Source: Myxococcota bacterium
GTDB lineage: Bacteria; Myxococcota_A; UBA796; JAFGLY01
Reading direction: 5' to 3'
Assembly: GCA_024276675.1 (NCBI GenBank)
Contig: JAJRWT010000097.1
Span: forward strand, 5,660-69,659
Length of the DNA: 64,000 nucleotides
The position numbers were made by a program, and so were the translations under genes. Positions 40,263 to 49,923 of this stretch are shown one piece after another. How positions within the stretch are numbered: the stretch's first letter is position 1; the number at the start of each line of letters is the position of its first letter. Under the pieces are notes generated by a model. The model did no database searches and had not been told where the DNA came from. It saw only the letters and a list, made by a program, of their open reading frames with translations.

Positions 40263-40503
40263 TGCCGGTCTCCGCCAGGAAGCACTGGGTGATGGTTTTT
40301 CCAGTGGGTTCCTTCAGGGCGCCTGGCCAGGCATCGGGCCGGCGCCCATCCTGCACAGGATATTGTCCGCAATGAGCACCTTCCCGCAAGCAGAGTTGAA
40401 TGATGCGTGACCTGCGCCATGCTGGACGCTGGCTGACGGGAGAGCATTTCAAGAGGAAAATGTAAACGCAAGTACCCATATGGATGACCTTGCCAAGATG
40501 CAG

Positions 40504-40532
40504 ATTGACGTGTCAATGGGATGCAGTATAAT
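40504..40532 (+). promoter_or_regulatory. Sigma70-like promoter with inverted repeat over the -35
   Basis: TTGACG (40505-40510), 16 nt, TATAAT (40527-40532); ATTGAC-GT-GTCAAT dyad at 40504-40517. Confidence 0.7.
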
Positions 40533-40592
40533 GAGGAAAGACATCTGCCCGGCCTCCCTCGCGGAAGCGGGAACGAAGAACAGGGAGAAAAG

Positions 40593-40856
40593 ATGGCTTT
40601 GGCGTTCACCAGAAGTCGAGAGCGGGTGGCCCGCAATTTCATCAAGACATATGGGCATTCTGGCTTTTTGCATCTGATCAACGACTTGTCGGCAGGCAGG
40701 AGTGGCCAGCAGATCGCCAATCACTTCGGGGTGTCCAGAGAACGAGTGCGGCAGTGGAAGAATACATTCGGACAAGTGATAGTACTCTATCAACTGCATC
40801 CTGAAGTGGAGAGACTCTACAAACAGTGCTCAGAACACCTCTCTATCGGCAAATGA
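40593..40856 (+). CDS. Small HTH DNA-binding protein (sigma70 region-4-like)
   Basis: SGQQIANHFGVSRERVRQW; GGGAG RBS; strong promoter upstream. Confidence 0.7.
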   Translation: MALAFTRSRERVARNFIKTYGHSGFLHLINDLSAGRSGQQIANHFGVSRERVRQWKNTFGQVIVLYQLHPEVERLYKQCSEHLSIGK

Positions 40857-41111
40857 TATTCTCACCGGCAGATTCCACCCCATACCAAAGCCCGGTTGCC
40901 TATAGGAGCCGTCGGGAAAGCTCGGGCCCGCTGCGGAGCGCCAGGGCCCGAGCCGGCTGTTTCGTGCAGCCTCTTTCCCGACGGCTCCCAGTACGTCCCA
41001 CATCGTTTCACCAGGTTCACCTATCACCGCATTCTCACCACACGGCAGGCGCAGGGACCAGGCCAGCTTCGCTCGGAGTTCTCCTGGACTGGCTGCTCCA
41101 CTGGAGGCAAC

Positions 41112-41738
41112 GTGGATCGCAGGCTGTTGATCATCTTCGCCATAGCCGGACTGGGCGCAGCCATATTGTTCTTTCCAAGCGGCGACGTCAACTCCTCGCA
41201 TGAACAGCTCGGCGAAGACCGGTCCCAGGCCAATATTGCCAGAATCACAACCCCCATCCGTGCTGCATCGCCGGGCACTCCCCAACCCGCGGGCACTCCC
41301 AGGTATTCGGCGCCAGAATCCACGGTCGGCAAATCCCCATCCCGGGCGAGTTCTTCCATCTCCAAGGAAGACCTCGCGGAACGGCTGGCAAAGCGCAAAC
41401 AGACCCCTTTCTACGAGCACAGCCAGGACGTTGCCAAGCGCTGGCTTCACCTGGGAAACCTGCTGGCATCCGCTGGAGACACCGAGTCAGCCCAACGGGC
41501 AAGAGCGGTCAGTCGCGACCTGCGCTACGGCATCAGGCCCGACGGTACAATCGAAAAACAATCCGCAGCCCTGGACAATGAACTGAACACACTGGAGTCG
41601 TTACGCCTTCGATACTCCGAAAACAGCGAAATCACCGAGATCCTGAACTACATCCAGAAGGCCAGCCAGCAGTTTTCAGCATCAGGAGGCTGGTATGCCG
41701 AACCTGAAGAAACGCCCCGCGAAGGGCCGACACGTTAA
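41112..41738 (+). CDS. Hypothetical N-terminally anchored protein
   Basis: GGAGG RBS, GTG start, TM LLIIFAIAGLGAAILFF, helical C-terminus. Confidence 0.6.
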   Translation: MDRRLLIIFAIAGLGAAILFFPSGDVNSSHEQLGEDRSQANIARITTPIRAASPGTPQPAGTPRYSAPESTVGKSPSRASSSISKEDLAERLAKRKQTPFYEHSQDVAKRWLHLGNLLASAGDTESAQRARAVSRDLRYGIRPDGTIEKQSAALDNELNTLESLRLRYSENSEITEILNYIQKASQQFSASGGWYAEPEETPREGPTR

Positions 41739-41778
41739 TCCATGGGATTCGTTCTCCTGGTGGGAACGTTTCTTTCCA

Positions 41779-42837
41779 ATGGCCTGGCTGTCTGCTGTGG
41801 CTGTCATCGTTGCCATGCCCCAGGCCATGGGAGCAGAGCCCCTCGCCGACACCAGGCACCGCTTTGCCGTCGTGGTGGGAATAGAATCCTACGACCTGCT
41901 GCCCGACCACCTGCGAGTGGAAAACGCACGCCAGGATGCAACGCTCATCGGCGAAGCCCTGGATGGCGCCGCCTACGACCAGGTGCGCATACTCACGGAC
42001 TCCAGCGCGACCCGTGAGAACCTCGAAGCACTCCTGTCCGACGATCTATCCTCGAAGGTCGGTCCAGGCGATCTGCTGATGCTGTATTTCGTGGGCCTGG
42101 GAGTAGGAGGCGACTTCGGGCAGCCCAGGTTGCTCATGTACGAGACCGATCCCGATGCCCTGGAGCAGACTTCCTGGGCCGTGGCGGATCTGGGCGAGAT
42201 CCTTCGTCGGGACATCCAGGCCGGGTACCTGGTGTTGATCACAGATGCCTCCCACGAGGGAGAACTCAATGGCCTGGCACTCATGGGGCCCACGGCCGAC
42301 AGTTGGCCCGAAATGCCCTGCCCCTCCATGGAGATCGCTTCCACCGGCCCCAGGGAAGCATCGGTGCCGGGCGTATTCGCACAGGCATTTGCCCAGGCCA
42401 TCGGGGGAGCGGCAGATCAATCGGCGGATGGGCAGGTCTCCAGCGGCGAGTTGTTTCGTTTCATCCTGAACACGGTTCCCGCAGCCACCGACGACCGCCA
42501 ACACCCAACCGTAAACGCCCGTTACGATCCCTCCTTCACCCTGGGCCTGGTGGACGACTCCACCCACGCCACCCAGTCGGCGCTTTCCCAAGGCCCGCGA
42601 ATCGACAAGGTGAAGTTCCTCATCCGCGATGGCATCTCCGGCACCGTACAGTGCAGGGATGGCGAGGTCGTCCTTTGCGACCCCTCCTGCTACCTGTGGG
42701 ATGTACCAGTGGGTGAATGCGAGGTCAGCGCCGTATCAGGCCAGAACAGACAACAGGCCACCGTGGAGGTGAGCCGCAGGGGGCGAGTACTCTGCTCCAT
42801 GGGCCCTGAAGGTCTATCATGCGGCGAGGGACCATGA
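41779..42837 (+). CDS. Exported caspase-family (C14) protein, catalytic dyad substituted
   Basis: RFAVVVGIESY, ATRENL, LYFVGLG (for YFSGHG), ITDASHEG (for DACxSG), GVFAQA, DGQVSSGEL, QHP; start uncertain. Confidence 0.8.
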   Translation: MAWLSAVAVIVAMPQAMGAEPLADTRHRFAVVVGIESYDLLPDHLRVENARQDATLIGEALDGAAYDQVRILTDSSATRENLEALLSDDLSSKVGPGDLLMLYFVGLGVGGDFGQPRLLMYETDPDALEQTSWAVADLGEILRRDIQAGYLVLITDASHEGELNGLALMGPTADSWPEMPCPSMEIASTGPREASVPGVFAQAFAQAIGGAADQSADGQVSSGELFRFILNTVPAATDDRQHPTVNARYDPSFTLGLVDDSTHATQSALSQGPRIDKVKFLIRDGISGTVQCRDGEVVLCDPSCYLWDVPVGECEVSAVSGQNRQQATVEVSRRGRVLCSMGPEGLSCGEGP

Positions 42838-42947
42838 GCCTTCCCAGCCGGGAAGCCCTGCCCACCGCCAGGTTGTCCACGGGGCTGCGGTTCAACCATC
42901 CGTTGCGGCTCACGTGTAGAACGGTACACTGGAACAGGGTAGATTTC

Positions 42948-44369
42948 ATGTCAACACGAGCAACTGGAGTCCAAGTGTCAAGCCTGTTTATCTTCCTGCG
43001 GCTCGTGGCCTGTTCCGGCGGAGACTACGAGGTACACGAAAACCTGCCGGATCTGGATCTACCCACGGCAACCATCGACTTCGACGAAGTTGTGGTGGGG
43101 CTCCAATCCGAGGTGGGAATCGCAATCGACAACCTGGGCATGGGAGTGCTCAAGGTCGAAGATCTTCAACTGGACGACTCCACCAGCCCCGATTTCACCA
43201 TACTGGGAATGGACGACGACCAAATCGCGGGTGGTGAATCCGGAGTCCTCTCCGTAAGGTATGTTCCCGATGCGGTGGGTCAAGACTACGGAACGATCAT
43301 CATGGCAACCAATGATCCCCAGGAGCCAGAGGTGGAGATCGAGCTGTTGGGATTCGGAGTCGAACCCGTCATCGACGTGGATCCCGAGATCCTGTGGTTC
43401 GGCCAGATAGATGTGGGAGCCAGCGACACGATGCAGGTCCAAGTGGCTGCCGCCGGTACCGGCACCACCCGCATCACCGACATGGTCATCGAGGACTTCC
43501 CGGGCATCTTCAGCTACCAGCTCCCCGACGACGTGATTCTTCCCTACGCCCTGAGCGCCGGCTTCTCCTTTACCTTCGACGTGACCTTCACGCCTGCCTC
43601 CGCCGACTCCTACGATACGGATCTCGTCATCAGCTCCAACGACCCGGTCAACCCCACCGTGGCGGTACGCCTGCTGGGCAACAGTGAAGACGACCCCACC
43701 GAAAACGCCCCCCCCACGGTCGAAATCACCCAACCCGACTGGGGCAATTACCTGATCCTGGGAGAAGCCACCGAGCTTCGAGGAGTCACGGTCGATGTAG
43801 AGGACGGCCCCGAATCACTGGCGGCCATGTGGTACGTGGGCTCCCAGCTCCTGGGAACATCCACGCCTGATTCCAGCGGAACGGTCTCGCTGACCACCAC
43901 GGTGCTTCCCGAAGGCGACATAACCATCACCCTTAGAGCCATGGATTCCGAAGGTCTCATGGGTGAAGACACCGTGGACGTCACCGTCTGGAACGAAGAA
44001 GAACCCATGCTGTACGTCATCAGCGGCGGCACCACCATCTACGACTACTGGACCGTGGACGACGACGTGGAGATCATGCTGAACGGCGAAACCATCTTCC
44101 AGGATGCCAACCACACCCAGGACAACCATCCCCCGGTCGAGTTCGAAGCCGAGAAGGGCAGCACCATCCGAATCGTGGCCACCGACTACAACTACTGTCA
44201 GAAAATGCTGGACGCCCTGTTCCTCCACTTCGGTTCGGGTGCTAGCCAGCCCTTGAACGACTCCATCTGCAACTCCGCATGTGAATCCGACGCCTGCTAT
44301 GACGGCACCTACAGTGGCCCCTGGCCCAGTGTCTTTCTGGACGACAGCTACACCATCGAGATACCATGA
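42948..44369 (+). CDS. Surface (lipo)protein with tandem ASH/choice-of-anchor-D-like and Ig-like domains
   Basis: LVAC lipobox-like; two repeats ending TNDP/SNDP..V.L.G; NAPPTVEI...ITLRAMDSEG. Confidence 0.7.
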   Translation: MSTRATGVQVSSLFIFLRLVACSGGDYEVHENLPDLDLPTATIDFDEVVVGLQSEVGIAIDNLGMGVLKVEDLQLDDSTSPDFTILGMDDDQIAGGESGVLSVRYVPDAVGQDYGTIIMATNDPQEPEVEIELLGFGVEPVIDVDPEILWFGQIDVGASDTMQVQVAAAGTGTTRITDMVIEDFPGIFSYQLPDDVILPYALSAGFSFTFDVTFTPASADSYDTDLVISSNDPVNPTVAVRLLGNSEDDPTENAPPTVEITQPDWGNYLILGEATELRGVTVDVEDGPESLAAMWYVGSQLLGTSTPDSSGTVSLTTTVLPEGDITITLRAMDSEGLMGEDTVDVTVWNEEEPMLYVISGGTTIYDYWTVDDDVEIMLNGETIFQDANHTQDNHPPVEFEAEKGSTIRIVATDYNYCQKMLDALFLHFGSGASQPLNDSICNSACESDACYDGTYSGPWPSVFLDDSYTIEIP

Positions 44370-44441
44370 GCGCCAATTGAAACGGTCGTCGGGCGCCCCC
44401 ACGACATGGCAGCACCTGGAACAACGTGGAGGCCATTGGCC

Positions 44442-45314
44442 ATGAACTCAATGACCGCCTTCGGGAGCGGAGAGGCCAGCAGTCAAGATCTTGCGGTGGT
44501 GGTGGAGCTACGCTCCGTGAACCACCGTTTTCGCGACATCAACGTGCGCGTTCCCAGGGAGTACACCCCCCTGGAGCCACGAATCGTCACGGTGATTCGC
44601 GACAGCATCACGAGGGGGCGAATCGATTGTACCGTCAGGCGGGTAGCATCAAAGGGGTCTTTCGAGGTGAGACCCAACCTGGCCCTGGCCGAGTCCTACC
44701 TGAAGTCCATGGAACTCATCGCCAGGCACCTGCAGAGAGAACCCTCACAGGTTGACCTCGGGGTCATCTTCGCACAACCAGGTGTGCTGGAGCTTGCGGA
44801 GCTTCAAACCGACATCACGCATGAATGGGACGTATTGGAGCCTGCACTCATGGGCGCCATCGCACACATGAAAGACATGCGCGGTACAGAGGGTCGTGCT
44901 CTGCTTGCCGATATCAAGGAGCATTCCAAACACCTGGGCACCGTCTTTGCCGAACTCCAGCTCCTGAGCCAGGGCGTCGTCCAGAAACTCCACGCCAGGT
45001 TGAAGGCAAGGCTCGTCGTCCTGCTGCGCGAAATCGACGATCCATCACGATTGGCCCAGGAAGCTGCATACCTGGCCGACAAGGCGGATGTCTCCGAGGA
45101 AATGAAACGCCTCCAAAGCCACCTGGACCAATTCGCGGAGCTGCTGGAGTCAAACGCTGCCGTTGGCCGCAAGATGGAGTTCTTGCTGCAAGAAATGGGC
45201 AGAGAGATCAACACGCTGGGTTCCAAGTCTCACAGCGGCCGGCAGGGCCGGCTGGTGGTGGAATTCAAATCGGTATTGGAAAGGCTCCGGGAGCAGGCAG
45301 CCAACGTGGAATAG
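44442..45314 (+). CDS. yicC: YicC/YloC family endoribonuclease
   Basis: SMTAFG, ELRSVNHRF, GRKMEFLLQEMGREINTLGSK, REQAANVE. Confidence 0.93.
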   Translation: MNSMTAFGSGEASSQDLAVVVELRSVNHRFRDINVRVPREYTPLEPRIVTVIRDSITRGRIDCTVRRVASKGSFEVRPNLALAESYLKSMELIARHLQREPSQVDLGVIFAQPGVLELAELQTDITHEWDVLEPALMGAIAHMKDMRGTEGRALLADIKEHSKHLGTVFAELQLLSQGVVQKLHARLKARLVVLLREIDDPSRLAQEAAYLADKADVSEEMKRLQSHLDQFAELLESNAAVGRKMEFLLQEMGREINTLGSKSHSGRQGRLVVEFKSVLERLREQAANVE

Positions 45315-45386
45315 GGCATCTCCCCACGCTGCTACCCGTCGGGACAATATCCAAGGACTGACATTCCTCCTGGTTGCATACGGAGC

Positions 45387-46040
45387 ATGGTCATGGGAGA
45401 AGGTATCTGGCAGGACTGGCAAAGGCCCGACAAAGGTGCGCTATTCGTGCTGACAGGGCCTTCGGGAGTGGGAAAGACCACCTTGATAAGGTCTCTCCTC
45501 AAGGCAGTGCCCCACCTGCACTTCAGTGTCTCCTGCACTACGAGGCTGGCACGCCCGGGCGAACGCGACGGAATACACTACTACTTCGTCTCCCAGAAAA
45601 GATACGACGAAATGGTCCGAAGCAACGAACTGTTGGAGTGGGCCCAGGTCTATGGCAACAACTACGGCACACCCCGGAAACCGGTTCAACTGGCAACAGC
45701 CCGAGGCGACAGCGTCTTGCTGGACATCGACGTCCAGGGCTCCCGCCAGGTACGGTCCAGGTGGCCCGGAGCGGTCTTCATTTTTTTGCTTCCCCCTTCG
45801 GTGGACGTACTGGAAAGGCGACTTCGCGCAAGATCCACCGACACGGCAGATGTGATTGAGCGCAGGCTCGCGGAGTCTCGTCAACAGATGGAAGCCTGCG
45901 GTGAATTCGACTACCTGGTGGTGAATGACCGCCTGGATATAGCAGATTCACAGCTCCAGGCGATTCTTGCATCCGAACTTCTTCGCCGTGAGCGCCGAGT
46001 AAAATGGGTTGACGACATCAAAGCCGCGGTGGTTGGATAG
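45387..46040 (+). CDS. gmk: Guanylate kinase
   Basis: GPSGVGKTT, SCTTR..RPGE.DG.HYYF, NNYGT, DIDVQG. Confidence 0.96.
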   Translation: MVMGEGIWQDWQRPDKGALFVLTGPSGVGKTTLIRSLLKAVPHLHFSVSCTTRLARPGERDGIHYYFVSQKRYDEMVRSNELLEWAQVYGNNYGTPRKPVQLATARGDSVLLDIDVQGSRQVRSRWPGAVFIFLLPPSVDVLERRLRARSTDTADVIERRLAESRQQMEACGEFDYLVVNDRLDIADSQLQAILASELLRRERRVKWVDDIKAAVVG

Positions 46041-46331
46041 TTGTCGGTCGGTTTGGCTTTTCAGCAGCAACCTCTCAATGGCCGCAGCCATGGGTCGTTC
46101 CTCGTCTCGATCTCCACATCCACGAGGGATGGACCAGTCGGGAGCGGGCCGCCCCGGCTGCTGGCTGTGTGAGGGCTTGCCCGCCAGAAGAGCAGCGCCG
46201 TTCCAAGCAGTCCCAGGGGCGCGCCTGCCCCTCTTGAACCATGGCGGGCAACCCCATTTCTGGAGCACCTTCCGCATGGGAACTCTCACAGGGGTATGCT
46301 ATCCTGTCTCGTCGTTGGTCGAGGTGTACCG

Positions 46332-48491
46332 GTGAGCATCGTCAGGCTCCATGACATCATGGACAGCGTGAGAGCCTACGCGCCCGACGCCCATCTGGAT
46401 GTCGTCATGCGTGCGTATGTGTTCTCAGCGAGAGCACATGCTGGTCAGACCAGGAAGAGCGGCGAGCCCTACCTGGTCCATCCGTTGGCGGTGGCTGCCT
46501 ACCTGGCCGAAATGAAGATGGACGTGGAGACCATCGCCACGGCCCTGCTCCACGACACCGTGGAGGACACGTTGGTCACCCGGGAAGAGCTGGCCCGCCT
46601 CTTTGGCGAAGAAATCGCCGACCTGGTTGATGGGGTCACCAAGATCGGCAAGCTCCGTTTCAAGAGCAAGGCCGAAGCACAGGCCGAAAACTTCCGCAAG
46701 ATGGTTCTGGCCATGAGCCGCGACATCCGCGTGGTCCTGGTAAAGCTGGCGGACCGCCTGCACAACATGCACACGCTCCAGCACATGCGCCCCGATAAGC
46801 AACGGCGAATTGCCCAGGAAACCATCGAAATCTACGCTCCCATCGCCAAGCGCCTGGGCCTGGGCAAGCTCACCGAAGAACTGCAGGATCTCTGTTTTCG
46901 CTACATCCATCCCGAAACCTACCGGGAACTGTCCGAAGCAGTGACCAGGGACAAGCTCGAACGTGACAACTACATCGCGCGGAACACCACCTACCTGGAG
47001 AAACAACTGGCCCTGAAGGGAGTGAAGTGCGATGTCCGTGGGCGGGCCAAGTCGCTCTACTCGATTCATCGCAAGATGATGGAGCAATCACTGGAGTTCG
47101 ACCAGGTTCACGACATCCTGGCCTTCAGGATGTTCGTTGACACCATCTCCCAGTGCTACGAAACCCTGGGGCACGTGCATGGTCTGTTCTGTCCCGTTCC
47201 CGGGAAGATCAAAGACTACATCGCCATGCCCAAGACCAACGGCTACCAGTCCCTTCACACCACCATAATCGGTCCCGAAGGCCAACGAATAGAGGTGCAG
47301 ATCCGCACCTGGGACATGCACCGCATGGCAGAGCATGGCATCGCGTCTCACTGGCGCTACAAGGAGGGGCACCTCGCCCTGAAGCAGAAGGACATCAGCC
47401 TCATCACCCAGCTTCGCGAGATCTTTGAAACCGCCAGAGAAGTGGAAGACCCAAGCGAATTCATCGAGACCGTCAAAGTGGACCTCTTCACCCAGGAAGT
47501 CTACGTCTTCACCCCAGCCCGCGAGGTGAAGGTGCTTCCCTTCGGCGCCACCGCCCTGGACTTCGCCTACGCCATCCACACGGAAGTGGGGCATCACTGC
47601 ATCGGTGCCAAGGCCAACGGCAAGATGGTTCCCATTCGTTACGAACTGAAAAGCGGTGATACTATCGAAATCCTGACACGCTCCGACCAGAAGCCCAACC
47701 GTGACTGGCTGCGAATCGCACATACCGGGCGGGCTTTGACCAAGATCCGCAGGGCCCTGCGCAACGAAGAACTGGAACGAGGCAGGGCGTTGGGTCGTGA
47801 AATGCTGGAGGGTGAACTCCGTAAGCATGGAGTGAACCTCAACCGGCTCATCAAGGATGGCAAGCTGGACAATATCCTGGAAAAAAACAGCTTCAAGGAC
47901 CAGGATCAGCTCTTCCTGGCGCTGGCTCGAGGGCACAAGAGCCTGGCCAGAATCGCCAGGGAGGTCCATCCCGAGGGCAACTGGGGCGATGATTCCGAAA
48001 AGCCAACTTCCGGCCTGTCGAATCTGCTGGACAAGATCCGCAGGCGCTCGGCCAGTCCCGTGCTCATCAGCGGCGAAGAAGACATCCTGGTCAACCGAGC
48101 GAAATGCTGCAATCCATTGCCGGGCGAACCCGTGGCAGGTTTCATCACCCACGGTCACGGGATCAGCATCCACAGCTCCAACTGCTCCCAACTGCTCTCC
48201 ATGGACAAAGACCGCAGGATTCCGGTGGAGTGGGATGCCCGCATCAGGACACTTCACGCAGCGGTGCTAAACGTGGTCTGCGCCGACAGGCCCGGCCTGC
48301 TGGCCAGCATCTCCAAGGTCTGCGAAGAAGCAAAGCTCAACATCTCCCGCGTGGATGCCCATCCCGTGGGCAACGAAAAATCACTCGTTTCCCTGGTGGT
48401 TGAGGTTCACGACGTCCGCGAACTCACACAACTGGGAAGGAAACTGGAACGGGTCAAGGGGATCGTCTCGGTTGCTCGCGTGCGTCAATAG
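46332..48491 (+). CDS. spoT: Bifunctional (p)ppGpp synthetase/hydrolase (long RSH)
   Basis: RKSGEPYLVHP, LLHDTVED, KLADRLHNM, GYQSLHT, EVQIRT, TGS and ACT domains. Confidence 0.95.
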   Translation: MSIVRLHDIMDSVRAYAPDAHLDVVMRAYVFSARAHAGQTRKSGEPYLVHPLAVAAYLAEMKMDVETIATALLHDTVEDTLVTREELARLFGEEIADLVDGVTKIGKLRFKSKAEAQAENFRKMVLAMSRDIRVVLVKLADRLHNMHTLQHMRPDKQRRIAQETIEIYAPIAKRLGLGKLTEELQDLCFRYIHPETYRELSEAVTRDKLERDNYIARNTTYLEKQLALKGVKCDVRGRAKSLYSIHRKMMEQSLEFDQVHDILAFRMFVDTISQCYETLGHVHGLFCPVPGKIKDYIAMPKTNGYQSLHTTIIGPEGQRIEVQIRTWDMHRMAEHGIASHWRYKEGHLALKQKDISLITQLREIFETAREVEDPSEFIETVKVDLFTQEVYVFTPAREVKVLPFGATALDFAYAIHTEVGHHCIGAKANGKMVPIRYELKSGDTIEILTRSDQKPNRDWLRIAHTGRALTKIRRALRNEELERGRALGREMLEGELRKHGVNLNRLIKDGKLDNILEKNSFKDQDQLFLALARGHKSLARIAREVHPEGNWGDDSEKPTSGLSNLLDKIRRRSASPVLISGEEDILVNRAKCCNPLPGEPVAGFITHGHGISIHSSNCSQLLSMDKDRRIPVEWDARIRTLHAAVLNVVCADRPGLLASISKVCEEAKLNISRVDAHPVGNEKSLVSLVVEVHDVRELTQLGRKLERVKGIVSVARVRQ

Positions 48492-48949
48492 TTCCCCTCC
48501 GGGAACAGCAGCCCTTTCGCCGCCTGCTCCTCGTTGAACACCGGTATTCCCCTGGCACGAAGGAGCACGGCCAGGAGGCCTGTGCCCGACTCCAGGCGAC
48601 CATCGATCCAGACCCGTTTGCTGGCACAAGAAGGTGATCGCTCCTTCAGGACAGCCAGGGTGATCCCGACAGATGCCTCGAAAGCAAGCCGTGCGCCAAT
48701 CTTGAAAGTTTCGGTGAGATCCCTTCCATCCTGGCGCAGAACCCTGGCCAGATCTTTCCAGACGGCTTCACCGTCGCCTCCAGAGAGCTGACAGGGAATC
48801 CTGGGGACGGGAAGACCCGCGAGAACCTCGGGGCAGACAGGCAGAAGCAGGCAGCCGGCCAGGGCATCCAGGACGGCGTCGTCCTTCTTGTGCGCTGCAT
48901 CGTATCGGCAGTTCCGTCCACACAGACAGGCCGACACCAGGACTTTCAT
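48485..48949 (-). CDS. DUF523 / 2-thiouracil desulfurase-family Fe-S protein
   Basis: VSACLCG.NCRYD, PVCPEV..GLPVPR, LKERSPSC. Confidence 0.85.
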   Translation of the reverse strand: MKVLVSACLCGRNCRYDAAHKKDDAVLDALAGCLLLPVCPEVLAGLPVPRIPCQLSGGDGEAVWKDLARVLRQDGRDLTETFKIGARLAFEASVGITLAVLKERSPSCASKRVWIDGRLESGTGLLAVLLRARGIPVFNEEQAAKGLLFPEGNY

Positions 48950-49124
48950 TCTGCCAGGCATTTCTTGTGCATTGGCCTCGTGGAGAATGCGTGGATTGTA
49001 GAGGTCGGTGAAAATCGGAGCCCTTCATCTCACGGGAACGAGTACAGGGTCAGGAGAGACCCGACAAGCCCTTGCATGTGAACTCGCGTAGTTGTAGCAT
49101 TCTTCCTTCTCGCCGGAGTCCTGC

Positions 49125-49892
49125 ATGGGGTACCTCTACAAACTGGCCAAGGGCAACCTGGGAAGCATTCGGGGCACCTATCTCCGGGGAAACCGCATAC
49201 CGCGCTACGGTGACTTCGCGGAGCACGACGAGGTGGTGCTCCTCATCCATGGTTTTTTCCAGACACGAAACGTGTGGAGGGTCATGGAAGATCGCCTTCG
49301 TGCCGATGGCTACGGAGTGGTGAGTTTCGACCTTGGAGGTCTCTTCGGTGCCTTGAGTACGCGCGGCGTCAATTTCCTGGCACAAAAAGTGGGCGACAAG
49401 CTGGAAAGGCTCTGTAGGCGCTACGACATCCGCAGGGTACATTTGCTGGGGCATTCCAACGGCGGGCTGGTGGCGCGTCAGTACATACAACGATTTGGTG
49501 GCCACCGAAGGGCCATGTCCCTGATCACGCTGGGAACTCCCCACCACGGCACCCCCGTTGCCGCCCTGGGGCTCTGGGTCGTGGGTGGTGGGTTGCTGTC
49601 CATCAGCCCATGGCAGATGTTGCCGGGTTCGAAACTGCTACGAGAGATGGGCAGAGATACCTTTCCACCGGATATCCCACTGATCAGCATCTACAGCAGG
49701 TCCGATCTCGTGGTTCCCTACCCCTTTTCGGTGCTTCATCCCAGACCTGGCGAAACATCCATGCGAAACTTCCCGGTCAAGGGGCCCGGGCACACCGCAC
49801 TGACCTGGGAACCCGAGGTATACTTGCTTGTCCGCGCCCAGTTGCGGGAAGCATCAAAGCTCTGGAGGCAGCGCTCCCAGGACTCCCTCTGA
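49125..49892 (+). CDS. Alpha/beta-fold lipase/esterase
   Basis: LIHGF, GHSNGG nucleophile elbow, LGTPHHGT, GH. Confidence 0.88.
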   Translation: MGYLYKLAKGNLGSIRGTYLRGNRIPRYGDFAEHDEVVLLIHGFFQTRNVWRVMEDRLRADGYGVVSFDLGGLFGALSTRGVNFLAQKVGDKLERLCRRYDIRRVHLLGHSNGGLVARQYIQRFGGHRRAMSLITLGTPHHGTPVAALGLWVVGGGLLSISPWQMLPGSKLLREMGRDTFPPDIPLISIYSRSDLVVPYPFSVLHPRPGETSMRNFPVKGPGHTALTWEPEVYLLVRAQLREASKLWRQRSQDSL

Positions 49893-49923
49893 ACCCACCC
49901 AGCACAGGCGATGTGGTGGTTCA

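Noticed and set aside
40504-40517. FNR/CRP box
   Set aside because: Spacing and sequence (TTGAC-N2-GTCAA) do not fit TTGAT-N4-ATCAA; kept only as a generic dyad.
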